Shown here piece after piece: positions 8,670 through 18,627 of a stretch of 54,624 bases of DNA (position 1 is its first letter; each line of letters starts with the position of its first letter). Below the pieces are notes generated by a model, which did not search any database, was not told where the DNA came from, and was given only the letters and a program-made list of their open reading frames with translations. A program made the translations under genes and the position numbers. The stretch spans positions 6,332 to 60,955 of the forward strand of contig PBKO01000011.1 of the NCBI GenBank assembly GCA_002721465.1, written 5' to 3'. This DNA comes from Gammaproteobacteria bacterium. Its GTDB lineage: Bacteria > Pseudomonadota > Gammaproteobacteria > Magnimaribacterales > D2472.

Positions 8670-9836
8670 TTATAGACTCATTTGCTGCCACTTAACTGGT
8701 ACACCCTCTAGTTTGTATCTATTTGATTCTTCTCGTAATTTTTCATATTCAGTTTTTGAAGAATAGACTGTTACTATTAATGCATTTTCTTTATTTGCTG
8801 TTATTCGAAGCACCCTTCCCATTCGTTGTATTCTCTGTCTTTTTGATGATGAGGCGCTTAAAATCATTGCTCCATCTGCTTCAGGCATATCAAAACCCTC
8901 ATCAAGGGCTGTGCAACTAACCAAAACATTTAATTTACCTGATTTAAAATTCTCAAGATTCTCTTGTCTTTCATCATCTTTAAGATCGGTATTATAAATA
9001 CCTGACTTAAACCCTTTTTTATTAATAATTTTATTGAATTCTTTAGCCTGTTTCTTGTTTTCGGTAAAAACAATCCAACTGTCTCTTTTATATTTCTGTA
9101 TGAGTTCTAAACCATAAGGAATTCTATTCTTAGAATTTTTTACTAATCTTGCCCTATTAAAAATAAGCATTTTCAAAGGATAGTCATTCATATCATTACC
9201 ACCAATAGTTGCTGCCCTTCTTTGGATACTCTTTGTAAATTTCTTGTATTTGTCTTCTTCTTCAGGAAGTAAAGCTGCATAGCCATAAAGAAGTTTAAAG
9301 TTAACAATTACTTCATCTTCTCTTGCATCAATATAGTCATAATCAAAAATTATGTCGCCGAGGATCTTTGTAATTATAGTGTAGAAATTATCATCATAAT
9401 CCCTTTCTGGTGTTGCAGATAATCCAAGTGTTGCGTGCCAATTATTTGTGAGCATATCTCCTCTTTTTTCAGTACCTATCTTATGACACTCATCAACAAT
9501 AAGTAACGTATTTTGACAATCAACATCATCAATAACATTTTTTAAAGAATCTATTGTAGATATACATATTTTTGTAAGTTTGTTCGTTTGTTCTCCTCCA
9601 CCATTTAGGGAGATATCTTTACTATATTCTTGAGATAGGCTCTCATACCATTGATCAAGAAGTGCAATTGAAGGGACGACAATTAAAATTAATTTTTCAG
9701 GATTTACTTCTAAATATTTTTTTATACAGTGAATGGCAAAAAATGTTTTACCACCGCCTGTTACAACTTTAATAATTCCTCTTTTTTTGACCCACCAAAG
9801 GGGGAAAGCTTTCTCCTGCCATTCCCTAAGTTTCAA
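8670..9836 (-). CDS. Superfamily 2 DExH helicase, XPB/Rad25(SSL2)-like
   Basis: LREWQ, TGGGKT (I), DECH (II), SATP (III), LDEGFD (V), QRMGRVLR (VI); TTG start overlapping trpC. Confidence 0.88.
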   Translation of the reverse strand: MKLREWQEKAFPLWWVKKRGIIKVVTGGGKTFFAIHCIKKYLEVNPEKLILIVVPSIALLDQWYESLSQEYSKDISLNGGGEQTNKLTKICISTIDSLKNVIDDVDCQNTLLIVDECHKIGTEKRGDMLTNNWHATLGLSATPERDYDDNFYTIITKILGDIIFDYDYIDAREDEVIVNFKLLYGYAALLPEEEDKYKKFTKSIQRRAATIGGNDMNDYPLKMLIFNRARLVKNSKNRIPYGLELIQKYKRDSWIVFTENKKQAKEFNKIINKKGFKSGIYNTDLKDDERQENLENFKSGKLNVLVSCTALDEGFDMPEADGAMILSASSSKRQRIQRMGRVLRITANKENALIVTVYSSKTEYEKLREESNRYKLEGVPVKWQQMSL

Positions 9837-10581
9837 AGAAATCTCCTTTCATTAAACTTTCGCCTATTAAAAAAACATTAATATTATGTTCTTGAAGTAT
9901 TTCTATGTCTTTAAAACTTTTAATACCTGATTCTGCAATAAAAATGTTATTTCCTTTGAATATTTCTTTCAATTTAATAGAGTTATTAAGATCAACTTCA
10001 AAAGTTTTTAAATTTCTATTGTTAACCCCAATAAGTGCATTTGAAAATTGTTCTACTCTTGAAAGTTCATTTTCATCATGCACTTCAATGATGAAATCTA
10101 AGCCGAGTTTTTCTGCTGTTTCAGAGAATGTAAATAACTCATTATCATTCAATATAGAAGCAATAAGTAAAATACAGTCGGCTCCAATTAATTTTGATTC
10201 ATAAATTTGATACTCATCAATAATAAAATCTTTTCTTAATATAGGCAGTTTGGTTATAGCTTTTACTTGTTTAAGATATTCGATACTTCCTAAAAAATAA
10301 TCTTCTTCTGTAAGAATGGAGAGAGCTGAAGCACCAAATGATTCATATTCTTTAGCTTTCGAAATTGCGTCAAAATTTTCACTTATTACTCCTGCACTTG
10401 GAGAAGCTTTCTTTATTTCAGCGATGATTGCTTTAGATTTATTTTCTAGGTTTTTCTTGAAATTACTTTGTTCGATATTCTCAAGGTTAATTTTTGAGAG
10501 TAACTCATTGAAAGGAAGACGTAATTTTTTTTCTTCAAGTTTAGTTTTTGTATTTAAAACAATCTCGTCAAGAATATTCAT
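9826..10581 (-). CDS. trpC: Indole-3-glycerol phosphate synthase
   Basis: IAEIKKASPS, LRKDFI, GVNNRNL, AESGI, LIGESLM. Confidence 0.97.
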   Translation of the reverse strand: MNILDEIVLNTKTKLEEKKLRLPFNELLSKINLENIEQSNFKKNLENKSKAIIAEIKKASPSAGVISENFDAISKAKEYESFGASALSILTEEDYFLGSIEYLKQVKAITKLPILRKDFIIDEYQIYESKLIGADCILLIASILNDNELFTFSETAEKLGLDFIIEVHDENELSRVEQFSNALIGVNNRNLKTFEVDLNNSIKLKEIFKGNNIFIAESGIKSFKDIEILQEHNINVFLIGESLMKGDFFET

Positions 10582-11588
10582 GATTCGTTTGAGACTCTTA
10601 CATAACTACTTAATTTTTGTGCTGCTTGACCGCTATTCATTAAATCAAATGCCATCTCAACACCTTCACTCATTGAATTTACAATACTGGCTAAGTATAA
10701 AGCTGCTCCACTATTTAATGCGATCATATCTTGAACTGCAGATTTTTCTCCTTCAAATGCTCTATTTACATGAAGAAGACTTTCTTGAGATGAACTTGCA
10801 GAAATTTGATCAAATGAAGAGATATTTAATCCAAAATCTTTTGGTGATATTTTATATTCACTAATTTGGCCACCCTTAAGTTCTGAAATAGTGGTTTCTG
10901 AACAAATTGAAATTTCATCAAGGCCATCGTCTCCATGTACTATCATGACATGTTCCATATCAAGGTTTTTAGCAACACTAGAGAACATATTGACTAATTT
11001 TTTCTCATAGACACCCAAAACTTGTCTTCTTGCATTGCAAGGATTTGTATGTGGCCCTAACAAATTAAAAATAGTTTTATCAGCAATTTTTTGTCTTGCT
11101 GGCATAACATATTTCATTGCTTCATGATGAAGTGGCGCAAATAAGAATACAAAACCAACTTGCTCAAAAATTGATTTTAATTTTTCTCTTTCATGGCTTA
11201 TATTTGCTCCAGATTCTACAAGGAAATCTGCGCTACCTGATTTACTGGAGATAGCTTTATTTCCATGTTTTGTAATTTTAGCTCCACCCGCAGCAGCTAC
11301 AAATGAAGATGCTGTAGAACAATTAAAGGTATAAAGACCAGTTCCACCTGTTCCACAAGTATCTATATGGGTTCCATCACCTAAATTATATTTTAGTGAC
11401 TTCTCTTTCATTACAGTCGCTGCAGCTGTAACTTCAGTCTCAGTTATACCTTTTGCGTTTAATGCAATGAGAAATGATTCAATATCAGAATCTCCCACCA
11501 TACCAGTCATTATTAAATTAATAGCTTCTTGCATTTCTTCAAGATTTAAATTTTCTTTATTATTTATTTTATTTAAGAAATCTTTCAT
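10578..11588 (-). CDS. trpD: Anthranilate phosphoribosyltransferase
   Basis: DTCGTGG, KHGNKAISSKSGSAD, DGLDE. Confidence 0.97.
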   Translation of the reverse strand: MKDFLNKINNKENLNLEEMQEAINLIMTGMVGDSDIESFLIALNAKGITETEVTAAATVMKEKSLKYNLGDGTHIDTCGTGGTGLYTFNCSTASSFVAAAGGAKITKHGNKAISSKSGSADFLVESGANISHEREKLKSIFEQVGFVFLFAPLHHEAMKYVMPARQKIADKTIFNLLGPHTNPCNARRQVLGVYEKKLVNMFSSVAKNLDMEHVMIVHGDDGLDEISICSETTISELKGGQISEYKISPKDFGLNISSFDQISASSSQESLLHVNRAFEGEKSAVQDMIALNSGAALYLASIVNSMSEGVEMAFDLMNSGQAAQKLSSYVRVSNES

Positions 11589-12151
11589 GCTTTTTTTATA
11601 AAGTTCTCTATAAGCCTCATGCCATTATTTGTATCGATTGATTCAGGATGGAATTGAACACCATAAATTGGTTTTTCAACATGTTCAACTGCCATTATTA
11701 TTTCTTCATCATCACTTAAAGTTGCAGTTATCTTTAATTCATTTGGAAGAGTTTTTTTCTCTATTATAAGACTATGGTATCTAACAACTTTATAGGAGCT
11801 TTCAATTTGATCAAAAATTAAACTTCCATCGTGATCTATATTTGAAGTTTTTCCATGAAAAATTTTAGGTGCCTTAATAATATTTCCACCGAAAGCTGCT
11901 CCAATTGCTTGATGTCCCAAACAAACACCTAGTATTGGAACTTTTGCTTTCTGTATTAGTTCAATCGATATCCCTGCCTCTTTTGGTGTGCAAGGCCCTG
12001 GAGATATAACTATTTTTTCAGGACTATGATCAATGATTTCAGACACAGTCATTTCATCATTTCTTATGACTTTAATGTTTTTTTCGATGTCACCGATATA
12101 GTGAACCAAGTTATAAGTGAAACTATCATAATTATCTATAACAATAATCAT
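11585..12151 (-). CDS. trpG: Anthranilate synthase component II
   Basis: IDNYDSFTYN, SPGPCTP, GVCLGHQ, QFHPES; start set at ATG 12151 (ATGA overlap with trpE stop). Confidence 0.95.
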   Translation of the reverse strand: MIIVIDNYDSFTYNLVHYIGDIEKNIKVIRNDEMTVSEIIDHSPEKIVISPGPCTPKEAGISIELIQKAKVPILGVCLGHQAIGAAFGGNIIKAPKIFHGKTSNIDHDGSLIFDQIESSYKVVRYHSLIIEKKTLPNELKITATLSDDEEIIMAVEHVEKPIYGVQFHPESIDTNNGMRLIENFIKKA

Positions 12152-13614
12152 GAAATCATCTCCATAGCATCCAAGAACACTTTTGATTTTTGTATGCATT
12201 CCTGCCATTCTTTTTCAGGATCTGAATCTGCGACTATTCCAGCACCTGCTCCAACATGAATAAGATTGTCTTTAATGACTGCAGTTCTTATTGCAATAGC
12301 CGTATCAATATTTCCATTCCATGAGATATAACCTATTGCACCTCCATATATTCCTCGTGAACTTGGTTCAAGTTCATTGATTATTTCCATAGCACGAATC
12401 TTTGGGGCACCTGAAAGTGTTCCTGCTGGTAAAGTAGCTTTTAAAGCCTCAATGAAAGTAAGGTTTTTTGAAAGCTTTCCAACTACATTTGAGACTATAT
12501 GCATAACATGAGAGTATCTCTCAATTATCATTTTTTCAGTCAGCTTTACACTTCCAATTTCTGAAACTCTACCAACATCATTTCTACCAAGATCAATTAA
12601 CATTAGATGTTCTGCTAATTCTTTAGGATCACTTAATAAGTCAAGTTCGTTTTTTTTATCTTCATCCTCATTTGTGCCTCTTTTTCTTGTTCCTGCAATA
12701 GGCCTTAAAGTAATTTCATCGTTTTCTAGTCTCACTAAAATTTCTGGAGAAGACCCAACAACTTCACATTCGTCAAGATTTAAATAATACATATAAGGAG
12801 ATGGATTTAGCTTTCTAAGAGCAGAATATAATTCAAAAGAATCACCCTCAAATGACTTATAAAAATCTTGGGCCAATACAACCTGCATTACATCGCCTTC
12901 TTTAATATATTCCTTTACTCTTTTTACAGCACCTATATATTCATTTTTTGTAAAATTTGATGAATATTCTAATTGTCCCGAAATATCCGAATGCTCTATT
13001 TCTCTATACTGACTTGATGAGTCAATGCTGTTTTGAATTTCATCAATTTCTTTTTGTGCATCTTCATATGAGATTTTTTGAGGATCAGCGTTGTAAATTG
13101 CCTGCATAGTTTGATTAAAATTATCATAAACAATTAACTTTTCAGATTTAACTAAATAAATATCTGGCATATCCTCTTCAAATTTTGATTCTTTCTTTGG
13201 AAGATTATTAATTTTTGCCTCAGCATATTTTGCACTTTCATATGCAAAAAAACCTACATATCCACCATAAAATCTTGGCATATCTTTCAAATTGGGTGAC
13301 TTATGAATACCTATTATTTTTTTTAATTCATTAAGAGGTTCATTTGATTCAATTTCATTAATGCCAAGTTCGTTTTTGATTTCAATTTTTTTATCAGATA
13401 CTTTGATAGTATCTTTACAATCCAATCCAATTATTGAGAATTGTGCCCACTTCTCACCTCCCTCAATTGATTCGAGTAAAAAAGTGTTTCGTTTATTCTT
13501 AATTTTAGAAAAAACCTTAATTGGTGAATCTAAATCAAGATCTATAGTCTTTACTAATGGGATAATATTGAAACCATTTTCGCTAAATTCTATGTATTCT
13601 TCTTTACTTATCAT
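12148..13614 (-). CDS. trpE: Anthranilate synthase component I
   Basis: FLLES, NPSPYMY, SSPE, PIAGT, AEHLML.DLGRND, PAGTLSGAPK. Confidence 0.97.
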   Translation of the reverse strand: MISKEEYIEFSENGFNIIPLVKTIDLDLDSPIKVFSKIKNKRNTFLLESIEGGEKWAQFSIIGLDCKDTIKVSDKKIEIKNELGINEIESNEPLNELKKIIGIHKSPNLKDMPRFYGGYVGFFAYESAKYAEAKINNLPKKESKFEEDMPDIYLVKSEKLIVYDNFNQTMQAIYNADPQKISYEDAQKEIDEIQNSIDSSSQYREIEHSDISGQLEYSSNFTKNEYIGAVKRVKEYIKEGDVMQVVLAQDFYKSFEGDSFELYSALRKLNPSPYMYYLNLDECEVVGSSPEILVRLENDEITLRPIAGTRKRGTNEDEDKKNELDLLSDPKELAEHLMLIDLGRNDVGRVSEIGSVKLTEKMIIERYSHVMHIVSNVVGKLSKNLTFIEALKATLPAGTLSGAPKIRAMEIINELEPSSRGIYGGAIGYISWNGNIDTAIAIRTAVIKDNLIHVGAGAGIVADSDPEKEWQECIQKSKVFLDAMEMIS

Positions 13615-14053
13615 TAGATAAAATTGTTTTAATTTTTATTACGTCTCCAATTTCAATTTTGTTTTCTTCAAACCAACCAGAATTAACTTCTAATGCATAT
13701 TTCGCTGCTTTATTTGAGCAAACTGAATTTTTTGAAAGTGGAACCATATCATATATTCCAATAACTTTACCTCTCTTATTTAAATAACCAACGCTTAAAG
13801 GTATTAAAGTATTTTTCATCCACATGCATTGTTTTTTTTCATATGGCCAAACAAAAAACATTCCATAATTATCTGGAATTGATTTTTTATACATAAGTCC
13901 TTTTTTTCTATCCTCAAATTTTGAAACGACTTGAATTTCATCCAGATAATCATAAATATCAACATCTTTTGATGCATCAAGATGATTTACATAGAGTAAA
14001 AATATTAGATACTTAAATGATTTTTGAACGAAGTTCAAATATTGTTTGCTCAT
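13604..14053 (-). CDS. DUF192 family protein, probably exported
   Basis: [28 protein letters not shown]; start uncertain (ATG 14053 or TTG 14038). Confidence 0.85.
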   Translation of the reverse strand: MSKQYLNFVQKSFKYLIFLLYVNHLDASKDVDIYDYLDEIQVVSKFEDRKKGLMYKKSIPDNYGMFFVWPYEKKQCMWMKNTLIPLSVGYLNKRGKVIGIYDMVPLSKNSVCSNKAAKYALEVNSGWFEENKIEIGDVIKIKTILSNDK

Positions 14054-14681
14054 AATTTTCTGTATTGAATATTGCTGAGCCGGCAACAAATGTATCCGCA
14101 CCAGCTTCTGATGCTAAACCAATGGTTTCTTTGTTAATTCCACCATCAACTTCAAGACGAATATCTCTTCCTGAATTATCTATCATCTTTCTAACTTGAG
14201 CGATTTTTTCTAAGGAGTTGTGGATAAATGATTGCCCACCAAATCCAGGATTAACACTCATTATTAAAACTAAGTCTAAGTCATCTAATACGCTCTCAAG
14301 AGTATTTAATGGTGTTGCAGGATTATAGACTAACCCAGCCTTGCAACCTTTATCTTTAATAGCATGAATTGATCTGTGTATATGTTTGGAAGCTTCAGGG
14401 TGAAAACTTATCAAGTCCGCACCAGCTTTTATAAAATTTTGAGCTAAATCATCAACCGGATCAATCATTAAGTGAACATCTATGAACTCTTTTATTCCAT
14501 ATTTTCTTAATGCTTCGCAGACCATTGGACCAATTGTTAAATTTGGAACATAGTGATTATCCATAACATCGAAATGAACCCAATCTGCTCCAGCATCAAG
14601 AACATTCCTTACTTCTTCACCTAATCTTGCAAAATCTGAGGCTAATATTGAAGGCGCAATTATGTAATTTTGATCACTCAT
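14013..14681 (-). CDS. rpe: Ribulose-phosphate 3-epimerase
   Basis: [38 protein letters not shown]. Confidence 0.98.
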   Translation of the reverse strand: MSDQNYIIAPSILASDFARLGEEVRNVLDAGADWVHFDVMDNHYVPNLTIGPMVCEALRKYGIKEFIDVHLMIDPVDDLAQNFIKAGADLISFHPEASKHIHRSIHAIKDKGCKAGLVYNPATPLNTLESVLDDLDLVLIMSVNPGFGGQSFIHNSLEKIAQVRKMIDNSGRDIRLEVDGGINKETIGLASEAGADTFVAGSAIFNTENYEQTIFELRSKII

Positions 14682-14684
14682 ATG

Positions 14685-15359
14685 CTAATTCTCTTCGTTA
14701 TGAAGAGTATTGGCAAGCTTTAAACGATCTTGAGTGCCAACATCAATCCAAAATTCGGACGACTTATGAGCAGTAACTTTGCCATTATTTATGTACTTTG
14801 GTAAAACACCTTTCCACATGTTAAAGGTTTCGATATCAAAGACATTTTCATTAAAAATAATTGGATTTATTAGAGATATGCCGCTCCAAGTTAGTTCATT
14901 TAATCCATCTTGCACTTCAACCATGTTCTCATTTTTTATTGAAAAATCTCCATTCCTATTATGATCTGGATTTGGAACACCAATCAAATGTGCTGCTTCA
15001 GTTGTTTTTGGCAAGTTCATGAAGCTAATGCAATGATAGATGTCAGAATTTATTAATAAAAAGGGCTCATCTCCCAAAATATTGAGGGCCTTTAAAACAC
15101 CACCACCAGTTCCAAGTGGCCTTTCCTCAAAAGAAAATAAAATATTATTTTTCGGGAATTTTTCTTTAACATGACCTTCAATTAACTTTGATAAATGAGA
15201 AACATTAATAACAATCTCTGAAAACCCACTTTCAAGTAAATTATTGATATTACGCTCTATCAGAGTTTTATTTCCAACCTTAAGAAGTGGTTTAGGAGTA
15301 TCTTTGGTAAGAGGTAAAAGCCTTTTGCCATAACCTGCAGCTAAAATCATTGCTTTCAT
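14685..15359 (-). CDS. murU: MurNAc-alpha-1-phosphate uridylyltransferase
   Basis: ILAAGYGKRLLPLT..TPKPL, NPDHN.NGDF, WIDVGT; directly after amgK. Confidence 0.85.
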   Translation of the reverse strand: MKAMILAAGYGKRLLPLTKDTPKPLLKVGNKTLIERNINNLLESGFSEIVINVSHLSKLIEGHVKEKFPKNNILFSFEERPLGTGGGVLKALNILGDEPFLLINSDIYHCISFMNLPKTTEAAHLIGVPNPDHNRNGDFSIKNENMVEVQDGLNELTWSGISLINPIIFNENVFDIETFNMWKGVLPKYINNGKVTAHKSSEFWIDVGTQDRLKLANTLHNEEN

Positions 15360-16309
15360 ATTTCTGAAACTCTTTTTATTAAAGTCGGGCTAATCGCATT
15401 AATTATGTATTCTTTAGAAGCATGATTTTCAGGAATCATTTGAAGTAAATTTGATAGAATCATTGGTAAATCATTTAATCTAAAACTTCGATTTTTTGTT
15501 AAATATAAATTTGATAAGGTTCCAAGAATTCTTAAGTTTCTTTGGATAGTGCCCCATCTTAAAAACTCAAAGAAATCATCTTCAGAACAGTCTAATTTAA
15601 CTTTTTTTGAATAGAATTTTAATAAGTCTTTTGTAGCACAAAGGTCTACTTCATGATAATGATCAACCAAAATACCAGCCAGATCTATTCCTATTGGTCC
15701 AATTCTCATATCTTGGAAATCAATTATTGTTAATTCATTATTATCTAAAATGAGATTTCTCCTCTCAAAGTCAAAATGACAATTTACCCATGGATGCTCA
15801 AAAAGACAATTTAATGTTGTGGTAATAAGATTATCAATTGAGGAATTTACATTCACATTTAAAAAATTTCTACAAAAAGCATCTTTGAATAAATTCATTT
15901 GCCTTAGAAGTTCTTCTTTAGTGAATTTATTTATATTATTAATTGAACAATTTTGTATTGCAGAAAGCATTTGTAAGGAACTTTTTAGCAATTCATTCTT
16001 ATTATCTTCATCTAAAATTGAAAGAAGATCTCCATCTCCTAAATCATGCTGAATAGTTACGCCTAAGGCTTTATTATGATGAACTATTTTTGAGCAACTG
16101 ATGTTGTTTTTAATGAGTTCTTCAGAAATTGCTATAAACTTTAAATGATCTCCTTTTGAGGGATTTAAATAACACAACACCATAGAATTATTATCTGCAT
16201 CGATAATTCTCCAATACTCTCTACCACTTGCTTCGAGTTTCAATGAGGATGCTTTAACAGCATGAAAGTTACATTTTTTACTTAGAATTATTACTTCTTC
16301 TTCTTTCAA
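15356..16309 (-). CDS. amgK: Anomeric MurNAc/GlcNAc kinase (APH family)
   Basis: EASGREYWR, DLGD, H.DF..RNL, IDFQD, QRNLRILG; paired with murU near lptD. Confidence 0.8.
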   Translation of the reverse strand: MKEEEVIILSKKCNFHAVKASSLKLEASGREYWRIIDADNNSMVLCYLNPSKGDHLKFIAISEELIKNNISCSKIVHHNKALGVTIQHDLGDGDLLSILDEDNKNELLKSSLQMLSAIQNCSINNINKFTKEELLRQMNLFKDAFCRNFLNVNVNSSIDNLITTTLNCLFEHPWVNCHFDFERRNLILDNNELTIIDFQDMRIGPIGIDLAGILVDHYHEVDLCATKDLLKFYSKKVKLDCSEDDFFEFLRWGTIQRNLRILGTLSNLYLTKNRSFRLNDLPMILSNLLQMIPENHASKEYIINAISPTLIKRVSEI

Positions 16310-17167
16310 CTAACTATTTTTAATTTCCTCAGGCAATGGTGTGTCATCTGGAACAAAAAAATCTGGCATTAACTCTCCAAATGGAGCAGAAGCATATTTT
16401 GAAAAATCTTTCACCCCGGCTTCATATAAAACCATATCGTCAATACAGAAATTTCCAGTGAATTCTTTAGAGCTCTTTGTAAGAATTTCATATGCTGAGT
16501 CGGCCATGATTTCTACATTTCTAGATAATTTCATTATCTCATCTCCACCTAGATGATTTTGTACAGCAGCAGTAGCAATTGCAGTTCTTGGCCAAAGCGC
16601 ATTAACCGCTATACCGAATTCTTTAAATTCTTCTGCCATACCTAAAACACACATACTCATAGTGTACTTAGCCATTGTGTAAGCAACAGTTCCTGAGAAC
16701 CACTTCGAATGCATATCAAGTGGTGGTGCAAGATTTAAAATATGAGGATTAGAGGCTTTCTTCAAATGTGGTAAACAATATTTGCTTACCATATAAGTAC
16801 CTCTGCCATTAATTTGATGCATAAGGTCATATCTTTTCATCTCTGTATCAGTCACATTTGTTAATTGAATTGCAGATGCATTATTAATACATATATCAAT
16901 ACCTCCAAAATGATCAACAGTTTGATTGATAGCATCCCTGACATTATCTTCGTTTCTGATGTCACAGATAACAGGTAAAGCTTCACCACCTACTTCAACT
17001 ATCTCATCTGCTGCTGTATAAATAGTTCCAGGAAGTTTTGGATGAGGTTCAGCAGTCTTGGCGGCAATAGCAACTTTTGCACCATCCTCGGCTGCTTTTT
17101 TTACCATTGCAAGTCCAATCCCTCTGCTTCCACCAGATATAAAAATAACTTTATCTTTTAAACTCAT
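16310..17167 (-). CDS. SDR oxidoreductase, HSDL2-like
   Basis: SGGSRGIG, AAKTAEPHPKLPGTI, NNASAI, YTMAK, NALWPRT. Confidence 0.92.
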   Translation of the reverse strand: MSLKDKVIFISGGSRGIGLAMVKKAAEDGAKVAIAAKTAEPHPKLPGTIYTAADEIVEVGGEALPVICDIRNEDNVRDAINQTVDHFGGIDICINNASAIQLTNVTDTEMKRYDLMHQINGRGTYMVSKYCLPHLKKASNPHILNLAPPLDMHSKWFSGTVAYTMAKYTMSMCVLGMAEEFKEFGIAVNALWPRTAIATAAVQNHLGGDEIMKLSRNVEIMADSAYEILTKSSKEFTGNFCIDDMVLYEAGVKDFSKYASAPFGELMPDFFVPDDTPLPEEIKNS

Positions 17168-17188
17168 AATTTTTCCTCATAATTATTA

Positions 17189-17929
17189 TTAAAATTTTTC
17201 CATGTATGGACGTAAATCTAATTCATGTGTCCAAGCATTCTTTTCTTGTGTATGCACAAACCAATAAGCATCAGCAATTGCACTAGGTTGTAGAATACCG
17301 TCTTTTTCTTTGAGAGCATATACGTCTGGAAAATTTTCTTTAATAAATGCAGTATCAATTGCGCCATCAATTATAAAATGAGCAACATGAATGCCTTGTG
17401 GACCAAGTTCTCGTGCCATACTTTGGCTTAAAGATCTGAGAGCAAACTTTGCACTTGAGAAAGCTGCAAAACCTGAACCTCCTCTTACAGATGCGGTTGC
17501 TCCAGTAAAAAATATACTTCCACTATTTCTTTTTTTCATATGCCTGGCTGCTTCTCTTCCAGATAAAAAACCTGCAAAAGCAGCCATTTCCCAAACTTTT
17601 GTAAAAACCCTTGCGGTTGTATCAACAATTGGAAAAAAAACATTAGCTCCAGGATTAAATATTACAACATCAATTGGAGCTACATTATTTTCAACCTCTT
17701 CAAAAAAATCCTTTATAGATGACTCTTCTCTGGCGTCAACACCATAGGCCTTTGCCCATCCTCCAGAATCCTTGATTTCATCAGCTAATTCTTCAAGTTT
17801 ATTGATATTTCTTGGCCTTCTTGCTGGGCAAACCTTATAGCCAAAACTTGCAAACTTTTTAGTTAAAGCTGATCCAGTTGCATCGCCTGCACCAATAATA
17901 ATTGCAGAATATTTTGAAAAATCTTCCAT
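17189..17929 (-). CDS. SDR oxidoreductase
   Basis: IGAGDATG, TGATASVRG, F...KFALR, GIHVAHFIIDG, WTHELDLRP. Confidence 0.9.
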   Translation of the reverse strand: MEDFSKYSAIIIGAGDATGSALTKKFASFGYKVCPARRPRNINKLEELADEIKDSGGWAKAYGVDAREESSIKDFFEEVENNVAPIDVVIFNPGANVFFPIVDTTARVFTKVWEMAAFAGFLSGREAARHMKKRNSGSIFFTGATASVRGGSGFAAFSSAKFALRSLSQSMARELGPQGIHVAHFIIDGAIDTAFIKENFPDVYALKEKDGILQPSAIADAYWFVHTQEKNAWTHELDLRPYMEKF

Positions 17930-17971
17930 ATAAGTGTTTAATTGATTTACTTTACAAAATTGTTAATAAAA

Positions 17972-18577
17972 ATGATAGTAGACTTTATATTTGATGTTGC
18001 CAGTCCAAATGCTTATTTGGCTCATAGAGTAATTCCTGATTTTGAAAAAAGAACAGGGACAACCTTTAATTATATTCCTTGTCTTTTAGGTGGAATACAT
18101 AAACTAACCAACAATCAACCACCATTTGTAGCATTTGCTGAAATTAAAAACAAATCAGACTATCAGATAATTGAACTTGAAAGGTTTGTAAAACAACACA
18201 AACTTGATAAATATAAATTTAATTCTCATTTTCCTCCATCAACAATTCAAATACAAAGAGGCGCCATTGCTGCAAAAGAATTAGGTGTATTTGAACAATA
18301 CATTGAATGTGTCCTGGTTGCTATGTGGGAAAATGATAAAAATCTTTCAGATATAGAAGTATTGAAAGAAACACTTAATGAAAATGATTTTGATGTAAAT
18401 GCAATTATTGAAATAGTTACATCTCAAGCCTGCAAGGATGAACTCATTAAAAATACTAACGAGGCTGTTTCAAGAGGAGCATTTGGTGTTCCAACCTTCT
18501 TTCTTAATGAACAAATATTTTTTGGCAAAGATCACCTTCATCAACTAGAAGAATATATATATTCTTTAAAAAATTAG
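17972..18577 (+). CDS. DsbA-like HCCA isomerase / GST-kappa family protein
   Basis: DFIFDVASPNAYL, GAFGVPTF, FFGKDHL; start set at ATG 17972. Confidence 0.9.
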   Translation: MIVDFIFDVASPNAYLAHRVIPDFEKRTGTTFNYIPCLLGGIHKLTNNQPPFVAFAEIKNKSDYQIIELERFVKQHKLDKYKFNSHFPPSTIQIQRGAIAAKELGVFEQYIECVLVAMWENDKNLSDIEVLKETLNENDFDVNAIIEIVTSQACKDELIKNTNEAVSRGAFGVPTFFLNEQIFFGKDHLHQLEEYIYSLKN

Positions 18578-18627
18578 AACCTTTTTAAAAAAATCTTTCA
18601 TAAAGAATGATGTATTAAAATAATAGA

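Noticed and set aside
8670-9836. Helicase as part of a restriction or defence system
   Set aside because: No methylase, nuclease domain, dnd genes or other defence genes adjacent
10316-10864. 182-aa plus-strand ORF
   Set aside because: Antisense shadow of trpC/trpD with no recognisable motifs
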